A DNA stretch of 64,000 bases from an uncultured Desulfobacter sp. (GCA_963665095.1 OY762069.1:1984001-2048000), one strand, 5' to 3'. Counted from the first letter of the stretch, positions 52,306 through 62,130 are shown. Made by a program: numbers and translations. Notes: generated by a model not told the origin, from the sequence alone.

Positions 52306-52433
52306 AGTCCCCCTTTACATTACAGCCTGTTGCCGTAAGAACTGTTTATTTAAATCTTTGAACAGGTAATCAACAAACAGTTAATCGTAGCACTGTTTCT
52401 TAATACCCTCCAAAAGGCAGCTAACATGCCTCA

Positions 52434-52552
52434 TTTGGACGAAAAATTGCCCAGATGCAAAGCCCAAAAAAGTTGCAACCGGAGCAACCTCCAGATCGTA
52501 AGGATTGCAGCTTTTTGCAGCAACGCAGCAGGTGAGTAATTTTTCATCCAAA
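52434..52552. repeat. ~119-bp palindromic intergenic element (REP/MITE-like)
   Basis: Outer IR TTTGGACGAAAAATTGCCCAGATGC matches the reverse complement of 52528-52552 at 20/25. Inner IR CAAAAAAGTTGCAACC / GGATTGCAGCTTTTTG. Confidence 0.7.
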
Positions 52553-52556
52553 CACA

Positions 52557-54620
52557 TTACTTGTCGTCCTCCTGGCTGCAGAAGTACTCTATGGTTTTCT
52601 GAGCACAGGTGGGGCAGTATCCCAGCTTTTGATCCATAGTTAAAATCATCCTGTCATACAGCTTCTGGTTTTCTTCATTGGTCCGGTTAGCAAGAGCACC
52701 AATCAGGGAACCGGCCCCGGCAATGTCAGATTTAAGCCGGACATCTGTAACCGCTTTGACCAGCTCCAGGTTATCCATGAAATCATAGTTGGCATCCACA
52801 GACAGTTTCTGGCCGTAAATCTTTCGAATAGAATTCCTGAAAGAGGCGCGCTGCTCTTCTGTTTTCAACCCTAAGCGCTCTTCTACATTCTTAATATACC
52901 GTTCATCAATCTTAAGTGCCCGAAGTTCGCCTGTCTGGGGATCCTTGTATTTCCACATCATATCAGGCCCGAGATGCTCGGCATCCACCCCTATGATCAT
53001 GTTTACGTAGTTGAGTACGTCCTTTTTTATGGCCAGAGGTTCATCCATATAGGCGTTGAACATCTCGGTCATGATACGTTCCCGGTAAAGTCCCCTGGCA
53101 ATTTTCAGGTCTTCCATAAATTTGGCCCGGTCTGCCGGTTCCTGAACATAATCCAAAACCACCCGCTCCAGGGCATTGAAAATATCCAGGGCAAACATGC
53201 ATCTGCCTTCATTGGTTTCACTGGACTCCAGAAGCAGCTGAACCGCCCTGCCAAGATTCCTCTGGCCTAAGCCTTTCTGGCCAAACCGTTTGGTGATGTC
53301 TGTGTCCTGATTGAGCTGGTCAATAAGTTCCGCCAGGGTTTTAAGACTTTTTTCGCCGGCCACTTCCCCTGCTGCAAGCTTCATGGTTTCCACCGGCGTG
53401 AGTTTATCCGAACGGGGGAGCCGTGTGAGCACAACAGCCACGGATGCGGCATAATTGAGATTGGGATCCTGATGAAGGACTTCATGGTCTAATGACCGCT
53501 TGACATCAGTACCAATAGCATACTCTGTCAGGGTTTTCTGAATTTTATAATCCGTATTATGGGCCACATAACAGATCCGGCACCGGTCCACAATAGGTGC
53601 TTCTTCGCGTTCCGATAAAAATGTATTGAACTCTGAATTATTGGAAGTGGCAATGATCAGGGTATCTATGGGCCATTTAAAACCGTCAAGCTCAATCATA
53701 CGATTCTGAATCACGCCGAGATAGACCTGAACCAGGTCTTTTTTATTTTTATAAATCTCGTCGGAAAAATGAATGCCACCGCCAGCCACCCGGGCAAGGG
53801 CGCCCCGCCGCAGGTCAAACCGATAAGGATTGTTAGAATCGGGGATGTGCAGAAGTCTCTGGATGGATTCTTCCCCCATAAGGTCCACGGCTGAGGAGGT
53901 GATCTTGTCCTTTGCCGGATATTTACCAGTGATGGTACCAAGGCTTTCAATGAGCGGAACCGGAGCGATTTCAATAAATTCCATCATCTTTGCCGGGGCA
54001 TCCTCACAATATTCGCGAATTTGATTCCAGATATAGGCAGAGCAAGCACCCAATGGACGATATTTTTCATAGAGGGCTTCAATCTCCTTATCCTTGAACT
54101 TAAATGCCTTGGACAGGTAACTCATGGATGCATCCCGGGTATCCTTGAAACTCATGGCCAAAATCATGGGATCTTCATAGGTCTGTGACTCAATGACATT
54201 GATTTTCCCATATCCGCCCAGTTTTTCCAGCCCCTTGAATCTGAAGGTATATTTCATATTTCTGGGACTGGACAAAAACTCCCGGTATCGGGCACACAGA
54301 TACTCCACAAAAAAGGTTTTTCCGTTGCCCGGTTCACCCACCAGCACGAAGGCCATCTCACGGGACGACCCGCCCTCAGAGGCATCCTTGACAAAGGATA
54401 CAAAGGAATTGATTTCGTCAAACATACCCACCAGATGTTTCTTCTCACCGCTGAACAGGTCAAACTGGTAAGTGGTTTTTCCCTTCACCGTCACCTTGCG
54501 GATGCCGGCATCCAGAATCATGCGGGACACCCCCTGGAATGCATCTTCAAAAATACGGGTTCCCTTCTTGACGGCGTCAACATGATGGCTAAAAGTCCTG
54601 GGATCTGTTGTAGTGGCCAT
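52557..54620 (-). CDS. prkA: PrkA/YeaG-family AAA+ serine protein kinase
   Basis: Walker A GEPGNGKT, Walker B IHFSDE, IIATSNNSEF, IVDRC, C-terminal LGYC..CA. ATG 54620 with GGAGG RBS. Confidence 0.88.
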   Translation of the reverse strand: MATTTDPRTFSHHVDAVKKGTRIFEDAFQGVSRMILDAGIRKVTVKGKTTYQFDLFSGEKKHLVGMFDEINSFVSFVKDASEGGSSREMAFVLVGEPGNGKTFFVEYLCARYREFLSSPRNMKYTFRFKGLEKLGGYGKINVIESQTYEDPMILAMSFKDTRDASMSYLSKAFKFKDKEIEALYEKYRPLGACSAYIWNQIREYCEDAPAKMMEFIEIAPVPLIESLGTITGKYPAKDKITSSAVDLMGEESIQRLLHIPDSNNPYRFDLRRGALARVAGGGIHFSDEIYKNKKDLVQVYLGVIQNRMIELDGFKWPIDTLIIATSNNSEFNTFLSEREEAPIVDRCRICYVAHNTDYKIQKTLTEYAIGTDVKRSLDHEVLHQDPNLNYAASVAVVLTRLPRSDKLTPVETMKLAAGEVAGEKSLKTLAELIDQLNQDTDITKRFGQKGLGQRNLGRAVQLLLESSETNEGRCMFALDIFNALERVVLDYVQEPADRAKFMEDLKIARGLYRERIMTEMFNAYMDEPLAIKKDVLNYVNMIIGVDAEHLGPDMMWKYKDPQTGELRALKIDERYIKNVEERLGLKTEEQRASFRNSIRKIYGQKLSVDANYDFMDNLELVKAVTDVRLKSDIAGAGSLIGALANRTNEENQKLYDRMILTMDQKLGYCPTCAQKTIEYFCSQEDDK

Positions 54621-54795
54621 TTTCCCCTCCATGGGCAGCAAGACGGCAGTGCTGCCAGGTTGATGGTTGGAATACTTAAAAACTTTGTCACCCGGTGTGT
54701 TGTTTCAGATGGTTTCTCTTTCCGGGTTGAGCAATGCTGCTAAAGAATTGAACGTGTTAAGGTTATTTTAAGATAAACGCTTTTATTTAAGTAAA

Positions 54796-54824
54796 AATAT
54801 ATCAGCCGGGAAAAAAGGTGTCAA
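54796..54824 (-). promoter_or_regulatory. Putative sigma70 promoter (extended -10) of the prkA operon
   Basis: Minus strand TTGACA-17 nt-TATATT with TGn immediately before the -10. Confidence 0.55.
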
Positions 54825-54925
54825 ATACAATTGCCGTCGCATTATCCCTTAGCATAAACGCTTTCTGATTCCTTGATTTTATGATAATTATAGAAAAATA
54901 ACCTTAAATTTCCGGTTAGACAAAA

Positions 54926-55831
54926 ATGATTCAACGAGACGTTAGCACTACTATTGACCCTGAAAAATGTATTGGATGTGCTGCCTGTATAAAGGTCTGC
55001 CCCTCACAGACGCTCACACTTGAAAACGGTATATGCCGAGTGACCGGCGATAAATCGTTGTCCTGCGGACATTGTGCTGCTGTCTGTTCTGAAACCGCAG
55101 CAAATGTGGCAGCCATTGACCCTGAAATGTCCCGGTTTTCAACCTTTTTTCTGAATGAAGAGTGGCTTCCCCATGGTGGGTTCCCGGTATCTGAGCTGGC
55201 AGGCCTTCTGGCTTCCAGGCGGTCTTGTAGAAACTTCAAGAATAAAAATGTTTCTGCCGATATACTCAAAGATCTCATAAAATTGGGATGCATGGCACCG
55301 TCAGGAACAAACAGCCAGCAATGGACCTTTACCTGCCTTATCAGTAGAAATAAAGTAACCGATCTGGCAGAACAGTTAAAAATTTTTTTCCAGTCCCTGA
55401 ATAAAAAAGCAAAAAGTTTCTTTCTTAGAAAAGCCTTGCGGCTTGTGGGACAGCCTGCGCTGGATAATTACTTCCAAGACTACTATGAATCTGTCTCCCA
55501 GGCCATGGAAGAATTTGAAACCCAGGGGATTGACCGGCTGTTTCATGGCGCCTGTGCCTGTATTATTATAGGTTCGGGACCAGATGCATCCTGCCCCAAA
55601 GAAGACGCCCTGCTGGCTGCAGGAAATATTCTTTTAGGTGCCCATGCCATGGGTCTTGGCACATGTCTTATAGGGTTTGCCGTGGCTGCCATGAAACAGA
55701 ATACCAGCATAAAAAAATATCTGGGAATTCCGGAAAAGGAAGCGGTTCATGCTGTTATTGCCTTAGGCTATCCAAATGAATCTTATAAGCGTATCACCGG
55801 CAGGAAAAAACCTGTGATGCGGTTTAATTAA
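54926..55831 (+). CDS. Nitroreductase with N-terminal 2x[4Fe-4S] ferredoxin domain
   Basis: CIGCAACIKVCP and a degenerate SLSCGHCAAVC; RRSCRNF, APSGTNSQ, GLGTC, LGYP. Confidence 0.92.
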   Translation: MIQRDVSTTIDPEKCIGCAACIKVCPSQTLTLENGICRVTGDKSLSCGHCAAVCSETAANVAAIDPEMSRFSTFFLNEEWLPHGGFPVSELAGLLASRRSCRNFKNKNVSADILKDLIKLGCMAPSGTNSQQWTFTCLISRNKVTDLAEQLKIFFQSLNKKAKSFFLRKALRLVGQPALDNYFQDYYESVSQAMEEFETQGIDRLFHGACACIIIGSGPDASCPKEDALLAAGNILLGAHAMGLGTCLIGFAVAAMKQNTSIKKYLGIPEKEAVHAVIALGYPNESYKRITGRKKPVMRFN

Positions 55832-55852
55832 CTTTCGCTAAAGAGGGATATC

Positions 55853-57571
55853 ATGACCGGGCCAAAGCTGCTGACCTTTGACGATCTGATAGATGAACTG
55901 GATATGGGCAAGGCCACCTTAAAGTTTATTTTAAACCGGTTTAACCAATGGCTTGCCACAAATATTGTCAACGGCGAAATACTGTACACCCAACAGGCTG
56001 TGACCACCCTGCTTACCATCCGGAAATGGCTGGATGCCGGCATGCTGCCTGAACAGGTGGAAACCTCTCTGGAACAGGAAGCAGGCAGAGCCAATGAACA
56101 GAAGATCCCGCCCCAAAGTATCCAGAATATATCTGAAATGTCATTGAATCAGGAAATGATATCTGTTTTCAAGGATATGTTCCAAACATTTATTGAAAAA
56201 CAGGATCGTATCGCTTCTGCCCAGGAGACCTTGGCCCGGGTAGAGGAAAGAAAAGCTGCCGCCATGGAAAAACGGGCTGTGGCCGAAGATAAAAAAGCAG
56301 ACGCCATGACCACCATTGCTTTGGCCCTTCAGGAGTTGAACCATCGGCACGTATCAGATCCCCACGCTATGGAAATTGCCGGTCGGGCAGTGGAAACACT
56401 TGCCTTAAATGAGCTGTCTGACCAGGACGACGAATTACCGGCAACCTCCATAGAGCAAGCTTTTGACCCGACCCTGGAACAAGACGATGCCCCTGAAGAA
56501 CTGACTGCAGATCAGCTGTTTGACACCCCCTTTCCCATGGGAAACGATTTTGCGGATCACGACATAGATGATCTTAAAGATTTTTCTGATTCCGACATTG
56601 ATGATCTGTCTTTACTGGTCAATGACAATGCCCTGGCTCCTGGAGATATCGATGATTTATCCTCACTGATTGATGCAGTATCTGAGGAAAATCCGGATCT
56701 GGATGATCTGGAAAGCCTGCTTTCGGAAACATCATCTCTCCCTGATATGCAAGAAATGGATGACTTGTCAAAACTGATTCATGATGACGACCCATCCTTT
56801 GACCAGGCCCTTCCGGCAGATATAGATGATCTGTCTAAACTTATCAGTCAGGATACATCTATAGCTAATGCATCCGACCTAAATTCTTCAGCAGATTCAG
56901 GCACGGATACGGATGACCTTTACAGCCTGGTTGGAATGGACCCAAAGACATCATCCCTTCATGAAAAAGAAAAAATGGATGACCTGTCCATGCTTATTAC
57001 TTCCCCTTCTGATAGTACCGGGAATATTTTAGTCAATACCGGGGAGTTAGATGATTTATCCGCCTTGATTTCAGACAGCCAGTCCGCCCCGGTCCCCATG
57101 GATGATCTATCGAAGCTTGTAGGATCACCCGGGCCAACACAGGAACCAGCCGGAACAGATGGGCCAATCGATGATCTCTGGGCACTGGTGCCTGATGCCC
57201 AAAATCCAGACCCCGCCCTTCAGGCCGGACCAGAAGAACTATCAGGCATGGATAATCTTTCCTTGCTGCTGAATAATACAGGAAAAACAGATGAGGCTGA
57301 GGCAGATACAAAAGAGGACACCGCCAGCGACACTTCCTCAACGACCCTGGAAACGCCGTCCCTGAAACCTGATATTTCACCGGATCTGGATCTGGCTAAA
57401 TATAAAGCTGCTGTCATGAAAATCATCATTGATTTAAAAAACCAGGGACTGACAGCCCAACAGACAACAGACCGGCTTAACCACGACGGTGTCACAACCT
57501 TGTCCGGTAAGCCGAGTTGGCGGGTAAAAGCCATTGAAAAAATCTACGGATTTATTGACTCTGCAAAATAA
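55853..57571 (+). CDS. MerR-like HTH / coiled coil / acidic DDLSxL repeats / recombinase-like HTH protein of unknown function
   Basis: 572-aa ORF with GAGG RBS; 12 repeats between about 56561 and 57275; C-terminal DRLNHDGVTTLSGKPSW. Confidence 0.85.
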   Translation: MTGPKLLTFDDLIDELDMGKATLKFILNRFNQWLATNIVNGEILYTQQAVTTLLTIRKWLDAGMLPEQVETSLEQEAGRANEQKIPPQSIQNISEMSLNQEMISVFKDMFQTFIEKQDRIASAQETLARVEERKAAAMEKRAVAEDKKADAMTTIALALQELNHRHVSDPHAMEIAGRAVETLALNELSDQDDELPATSIEQAFDPTLEQDDAPEELTADQLFDTPFPMGNDFADHDIDDLKDFSDSDIDDLSLLVNDNALAPGDIDDLSSLIDAVSEENPDLDDLESLLSETSSLPDMQEMDDLSKLIHDDDPSFDQALPADIDDLSKLISQDTSIANASDLNSSADSGTDTDDLYSLVGMDPKTSSLHEKEKMDDLSMLITSPSDSTGNILVNTGELDDLSALISDSQSAPVPMDDLSKLVGSPGPTQEPAGTDGPIDDLWALVPDAQNPDPALQAGPEELSGMDNLSLLLNNTGKTDEAEADTKEDTASDTSSTTLETPSLKPDISPDLDLAKYKAAVMKIIIDLKNQGLTAQQTTDRLNHDGVTTLSGKPSWRVKAIEKIYGFIDSAK

Positions 57572-57577
57572 AACTGT

Positions 57578-58516
57578 CTATTTTGCTCCGGCCGCATCAG
57601 CAAACCGGGTATCCACAAATTTATCCAGATCAATAAGAGATGTCATAATATTCATCTTATCCATCATATATTTCTGGATAATATCAAGATCCTCTTTCCG
57701 GGGATAAAGTTCACCGGTGAGAATCCGGTCCGGGGGATCGGTCAGCACCCGATGAATAATATCTCTATCCTGGGAAAAGAACTCCGCGCCGATCACTGAC
57801 GCGGGGTCAGGCTGGGCATCAATGGCAAGCCCGGAGCGGACAAAACTTGTACATATCTCCTGCATGGCCTCAGGATACTTTTCAATAATTTCAGTCCGCA
57901 TGACAAATACACAGCAGGGGTGTTTGGCCCACAGATTCTTTGACAGCTCAAACTCTTCACCGTGACCGGCAGCAATTACCTGGGAGCCAAATGGTTCGGC
58001 GACGATAAATCCACCTATTTCGCCGTCTTCGTCATATTCAAGGGCTTCAGGCATCTGAAACGGGGCTACGACCTCAAGCGTCACATCTATCCCCTGCTCC
58101 GTGGCCCGACCAGGTTTCAACCCTTTTTCAGATAACAACTTATGAAACAACATATTATGAATGGACAACTGATACGGAATTAAAACCGTCTTACCAGCGA
58201 AATCCTCAACAGAGTTGATATTGGCCCGTTTATTTTTAACAAGAACGCTGCCGGATTTGTGAGCCAGCAACAGCAGTTTAAGATCAACGCCGGACTTGAA
58301 AAGATCCATGGCAGTTGGCGCCAGAACAAGAGCCCCATCCAGAGACTTCACAGAAAGCGCGTCGGCAACTTCATTCCATCCATTTTTAACCACAGGTTCC
58401 AGTGTGCAGTGTTGAAAGGTTTCCATGCCTTGCTGTAATTTTCGAGCAGTTACACCGAGAATGAAATGATCAGTGATTTTAAGATATCCGATCTTGATCG
58501 CGGGTTTTTCCGCCAT
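57578..58516 (-). CDS. NrtA/CmpA (NMT1-like) substrate-binding-fold protein without a signal peptide
   Basis: IKIGYLKITDH, W..V..AL....LDGA.VLAP, SIHN, VAEPF, W..HPCC. ATG 58516 with GGAGG RBS. Confidence 0.85.
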   Translation of the reverse strand: MAEKPAIKIGYLKITDHFILGVTARKLQQGMETFQHCTLEPVVKNGWNEVADALSVKSLDGALVLAPTAMDLFKSGVDLKLLLLAHKSGSVLVKNKRANINSVEDFAGKTVLIPYQLSIHNMLFHKLLSEKGLKPGRATEQGIDVTLEVVAPFQMPEALEYDEDGEIGGFIVAEPFGSQVIAAGHGEEFELSKNLWAKHPCCVFVMRTEIIEKYPEAMQEICTSFVRSGLAIDAQPDPASVIGAEFFSQDRDIIHRVLTDPPDRILTGELYPRKEDLDIIQKYMMDKMNIMTSLIDLDKFVDTRFADAAGAK

Positions 58517-58786
58517 TTCAGGCACCTCCGGAGATGGTTAGTGTAATATAAATAAAGATGAATCTCATTAACAATGATTATGCGTAAGTTTCATTTAAAG
58601 TCAATAAAAAAGCATTGAACATGCTGTCTTACGAAAAGCTGCACACTATGTAACTATTGTTATGTGCCATATAATCGCCGCAAAGTAAACCCCGACGTAA
58701 AAAATAGGCTTTTACCCAAACGCGTCTCTGTTATTTTTCATGCGGCCTCAGAAGACATTAAAAACAAGCCAAATCTCTCCCATTTC

Positions 58787-59536
58787 TCAAGCAATATAAT
58801 CAGGCATGGCTTCAGTTGAAAGAATCAGGCGTGCGAAAAGCAGATCATCCGGTGTGGTCAGCTTGATATTGAACCTGTCACCCGCCACTGTTAACACGGG
58901 AATCTTTGCATGCTCGCATACAGATGCTTCATCTGTACCCCGAAACCCTGTCTGTCGGGCATGGGAAAAGGCCTTAAGAATCAGGTCCAAACGAAAGACC
59001 TGTGGCGTCTGGGCCCGGTACAGGCAATTCCTATCAAGCGTGCATTGGATTATTCCGTTACGGTCTGCCTTTTTTATGGTATCCGTTATCCGTACGGTAG
59101 GAATACAGGCACCATACTCCCGGGCACCCTTAATACACCTGCTCACAAGCGTCTTATTGATAAAGGGCCGGACCCCGTCATGGATCAGGACAAGGGTGTT
59201 TTCCGGCTGGGCAGATAGATCCCGGGCTGCTGCCAGTCCGTTGGCCACTGAATCGTGTCGTGTTATACCGCCTTTGACAAGATGCACAGGTAAGGCAAAT
59301 GTGCCGGGGTGGATCAGGGTATTGCCGCAGAAAGCCAAATCCGGTTCAGGCGCAACCAGAATAATTTCATCAACCTGACCACAGGTATCAAACGCCTTCA
59401 GCGTGCGGATCAACACCGGAATGCCCTCCAGGTCCATAAACTGTTTTTTTATGCCGGATTTCATGCGCACGCCCTTTCCTCCGGCCACGATCACAGCAAT
59501 ATGCTTAGAAAAATTAAGACGTCCTGGATCAGACAT
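58787..59536 (-). CDS. ispD: 2-C-methyl-D-erythritol 4-phosphate cytidylyltransferase
   Basis: AGGKGVRM...KQF, GG.TRHDSV, IHDGVRP, AQTPQVF, TDEAS, NIKLTTPDDL. Confidence 0.95.
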   Translation of the reverse strand: MSDPGRLNFSKHIAVIVAGGKGVRMKSGIKKQFMDLEGIPVLIRTLKAFDTCGQVDEIILVAPEPDLAFCGNTLIHPGTFALPVHLVKGGITRHDSVANGLAAARDLSAQPENTLVLIHDGVRPFINKTLVSRCIKGAREYGACIPTVRITDTIKKADRNGIIQCTLDRNCLYRAQTPQVFRLDLILKAFSHARQTGFRGTDEASVCEHAKIPVLTVAGDRFNIKLTTPDDLLFARLILSTEAMPDYIA

Positions 59537-59539
59537 AGG

Positions 59540-60850
59540 TCAAATCAGATAACTCAGTTCTCTTGGCAGAGGAATCCCCTTGCCCATATGGTCTTCGCCA
59601 TAATTTACCCCGGCAAGGATTTTCAGATCATTCAGCGCCCTTGAATCGCCGGTAAACACCACAGTTTCAATCTCTTCCTTCTTTATTTTTCCACCTGCCC
59701 ATTGGATATCAAGTACTGAGGAGGCATCAAACTGATCTTCACCCACCTGGAGCTTAACCTCTCCGCCGTAATACTGAACTATTTTTGCCACCAGAAGGCT
59801 TGGACGGCTGTGAAACCCCCTGTCTTTTGGGATACCCACCTCTATGGAAGCGGTTTCCATATTTTCATTCAAAACTTGAGTAGCCACGGCTTTTCCTGAA
59901 GAGAGAAACCTGCCGGCATAGTAAAGGCAGTAGTTTACAGCCCTTTCTAAAACAGCATCTGGGTCAATGAGGTCGGATAGCGACAGGCTGATATTCTTGT
60001 AAACATGCTTAAACCCGGTGTCATACAGATGACGCTCATAAAAATGAAGCAGGCGTCCCATCACCTGAAGGATGTGAAACACAATGGAAAAATGACTGCG
60101 CAACTGATTCAGTATTTCCGTATCCGGAGAGTGCCGGGTGGTTACAACATAGGAATCAAAGGAGGATTGAATATTATGTATCCGCATTTCGTAACTTCTG
60201 ATAGTGACTTCATTGACAACTTCAGGCACCAGTTTGTGAATCGCCTCAATATTATAGCGTTCATAAAAGGTCAACTGGTCAAAATCGCGGACTACCTCAA
60301 GAAACTGGCTGGCAATACGGGTCAGATTTTTCTTCTGATTGCTCCTGGGCATGGTATCGTCGATATTATGCTCCAGCTGGCTGGCTGTGGCAATACCGGG
60401 GAAATAGTCCAGATGATAACCGGATTCAGGTATCGTGATATTCAAACGTTTTGCTTCCCGTAAGACGACCGGTACGGCAAGATGTATGGCTTCCTGGATG
60501 AATTTCAAAGTATCCAGAGCCTCCTGCTTAAACGCACTGTGATCCTGATCTCCAAACGAGTAGAAATTAAACCTGTCCAGAGTATGCCGCTGGGAATAGC
60601 AGGCAAGGGATAGATGCCTCACGGTTGCGGACAATTCACGGTAAAAGACCCAGTCCCTGTTTTTCTTCCCCCCGTGAAAATCTAAGAAATCTTCTATGAT
60701 ATGGGAGGTAATGATCAGTTTTGAACATAACTTTTTGGTGAAAAGGTAACTGCCATCATTCAAGTTATTAATGAACAAAATGCATTTCAGATACTCATAT
60801 GAAAAGATATTAACTTTCTCTTTAAAAGAGATATCGCAGGTATCAGTCAT
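59540..60850 (-). CDS. Large protein with a C-terminal HPr (PTS phosphocarrier) domain
   Basis: C-terminal RGFHSRPSLLVAKIV...FDASSVLDI; ~330-aa N-terminal region not recognised. Confidence 0.85.
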   Translation of the reverse strand: MTDTCDISFKEKVNIFSYEYLKCILFINNLNDGSYLFTKKLCSKLIITSHIIEDFLDFHGGKKNRDWVFYRELSATVRHLSLACYSQRHTLDRFNFYSFGDQDHSAFKQEALDTLKFIQEAIHLAVPVVLREAKRLNITIPESGYHLDYFPGIATASQLEHNIDDTMPRSNQKKNLTRIASQFLEVVRDFDQLTFYERYNIEAIHKLVPEVVNEVTIRSYEMRIHNIQSSFDSYVVTTRHSPDTEILNQLRSHFSIVFHILQVMGRLLHFYERHLYDTGFKHVYKNISLSLSDLIDPDAVLERAVNYCLYYAGRFLSSGKAVATQVLNENMETASIEVGIPKDRGFHSRPSLLVAKIVQYYGGEVKLQVGEDQFDASSVLDIQWAGGKIKKEEIETVVFTGDSRALNDLKILAGVNYGEDHMGKGIPLPRELSYLI

Positions 60851-60957
60851 AACTCCATTTATAAGGAAGCATAGTCAGTTAACCTGATGGCCGCTTTCTT
60901 TCTTTTTATGGGCACCCTACGCCTGATCCAACAAGGGCAACCCGTGGTCGTAAAATT

Positions 60958-61388
<431 letters not shown>

Positions 61389-61406
61389 ATATCTAAACTT
61401 AAATTA

Positions 61407-62117
61407 TCATGCTTTCTCAAAATAAAGGATTCTGCTGCACTGGGGGCAGAAAATCAATTCATTTCCCCTTTGAACTTCAATATATAACTGGGGCGGAATA
61501 TTCATAAAGCAGCCAAGACACACCTCATCCACCACTTTGGCCACCGCTGATCCCCGGTTCATTTTGGAAACCCTTTTAAATCTCTCCATTAATTTGGGAT
61601 CCAGTATCCTGCCTATCTCCTTCTGGCTATCAAGGTAGTCTTCAAGGAGCTTTCGATCTTTTTCAGACTGCTCTTCAATCCCACTTTGTTCGGCTTTAAT
61701 CTGTTCCTCAAGTTGCTGGTACTCTTTGGTGCTCTCATCCACAATGGTCTGGGATTTTTCCCGTTCATCCATGATCTTGAGCAGCTCAGTTTCCAGGGCA
61801 TCTTTTCTTTTCTTATTATCATCCACTTCCCGCAACAGCACCTGGTACTCTTTATTGGTTGTTACGTTGCGCAGCGTTTCATTGCTCTTGATAATCCGGT
61901 CGTCAACAACCTTGATCTCCATCTCAATGTCCAGACACTCTTTGTTCAGCTTTTCAAGTTCTTCGGTGTTTTCCTTCAAAGCAGCCGCAAACTGCTGAAG
62001 CCTGGATGATAATTTTGTTTTCTTTTTTTCCACCTCCCCGAGTACGCCACGAAGCCTGACAATTTCAGTCTCAGCCTCCTGGAGTTTAACAAGGGTAGTG
62101 ATGTCTGGTTTTGACAT
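61407..62117 (-). CDS. C4-type zinc-ribbon coiled-coil protein (CT398/DUF164-like)
   Basis: Long coiled coil, NKEYQ, CLGCFMNIPPQ...CPQCSRILY. Confidence 0.9.
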   Translation of the reverse strand: MSKPDITTLVKLQEAETEIVRLRGVLGEVEKKKTKLSSRLQQFAAALKENTEELEKLNKECLDIEMEIKVVDDRIIKSNETLRNVTTNKEYQVLLREVDDNKKRKDALETELLKIMDEREKSQTIVDESTKEYQQLEEQIKAEQSGIEEQSEKDRKLLEDYLDSQKEIGRILDPKLMERFKRVSKMNRGSAVAKVVDEVCLGCFMNIPPQLYIEVQRGNELIFCPQCSRILYFEKA

Positions 62118-62130
62118 ATATTCTACATCC

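Noticed and set aside
54621..54925. Sigma54 promoter for prkA (as for E. coli yeaG)
   Set aside because: No correctly spaced GG-N10-GC with TGGCAC/TTGC seen; a good sigma70 match is present instead.
56561..57275. Recurrent GATGAT(C/T)T motifs as a CRISPR or DNA repeat array
   Set aside because: Spacing is irregular, the DNA is degenerate at third codon positions, and all copies are in frame within one ORF, so the repeat is at protein level. No cas genes are in the window.
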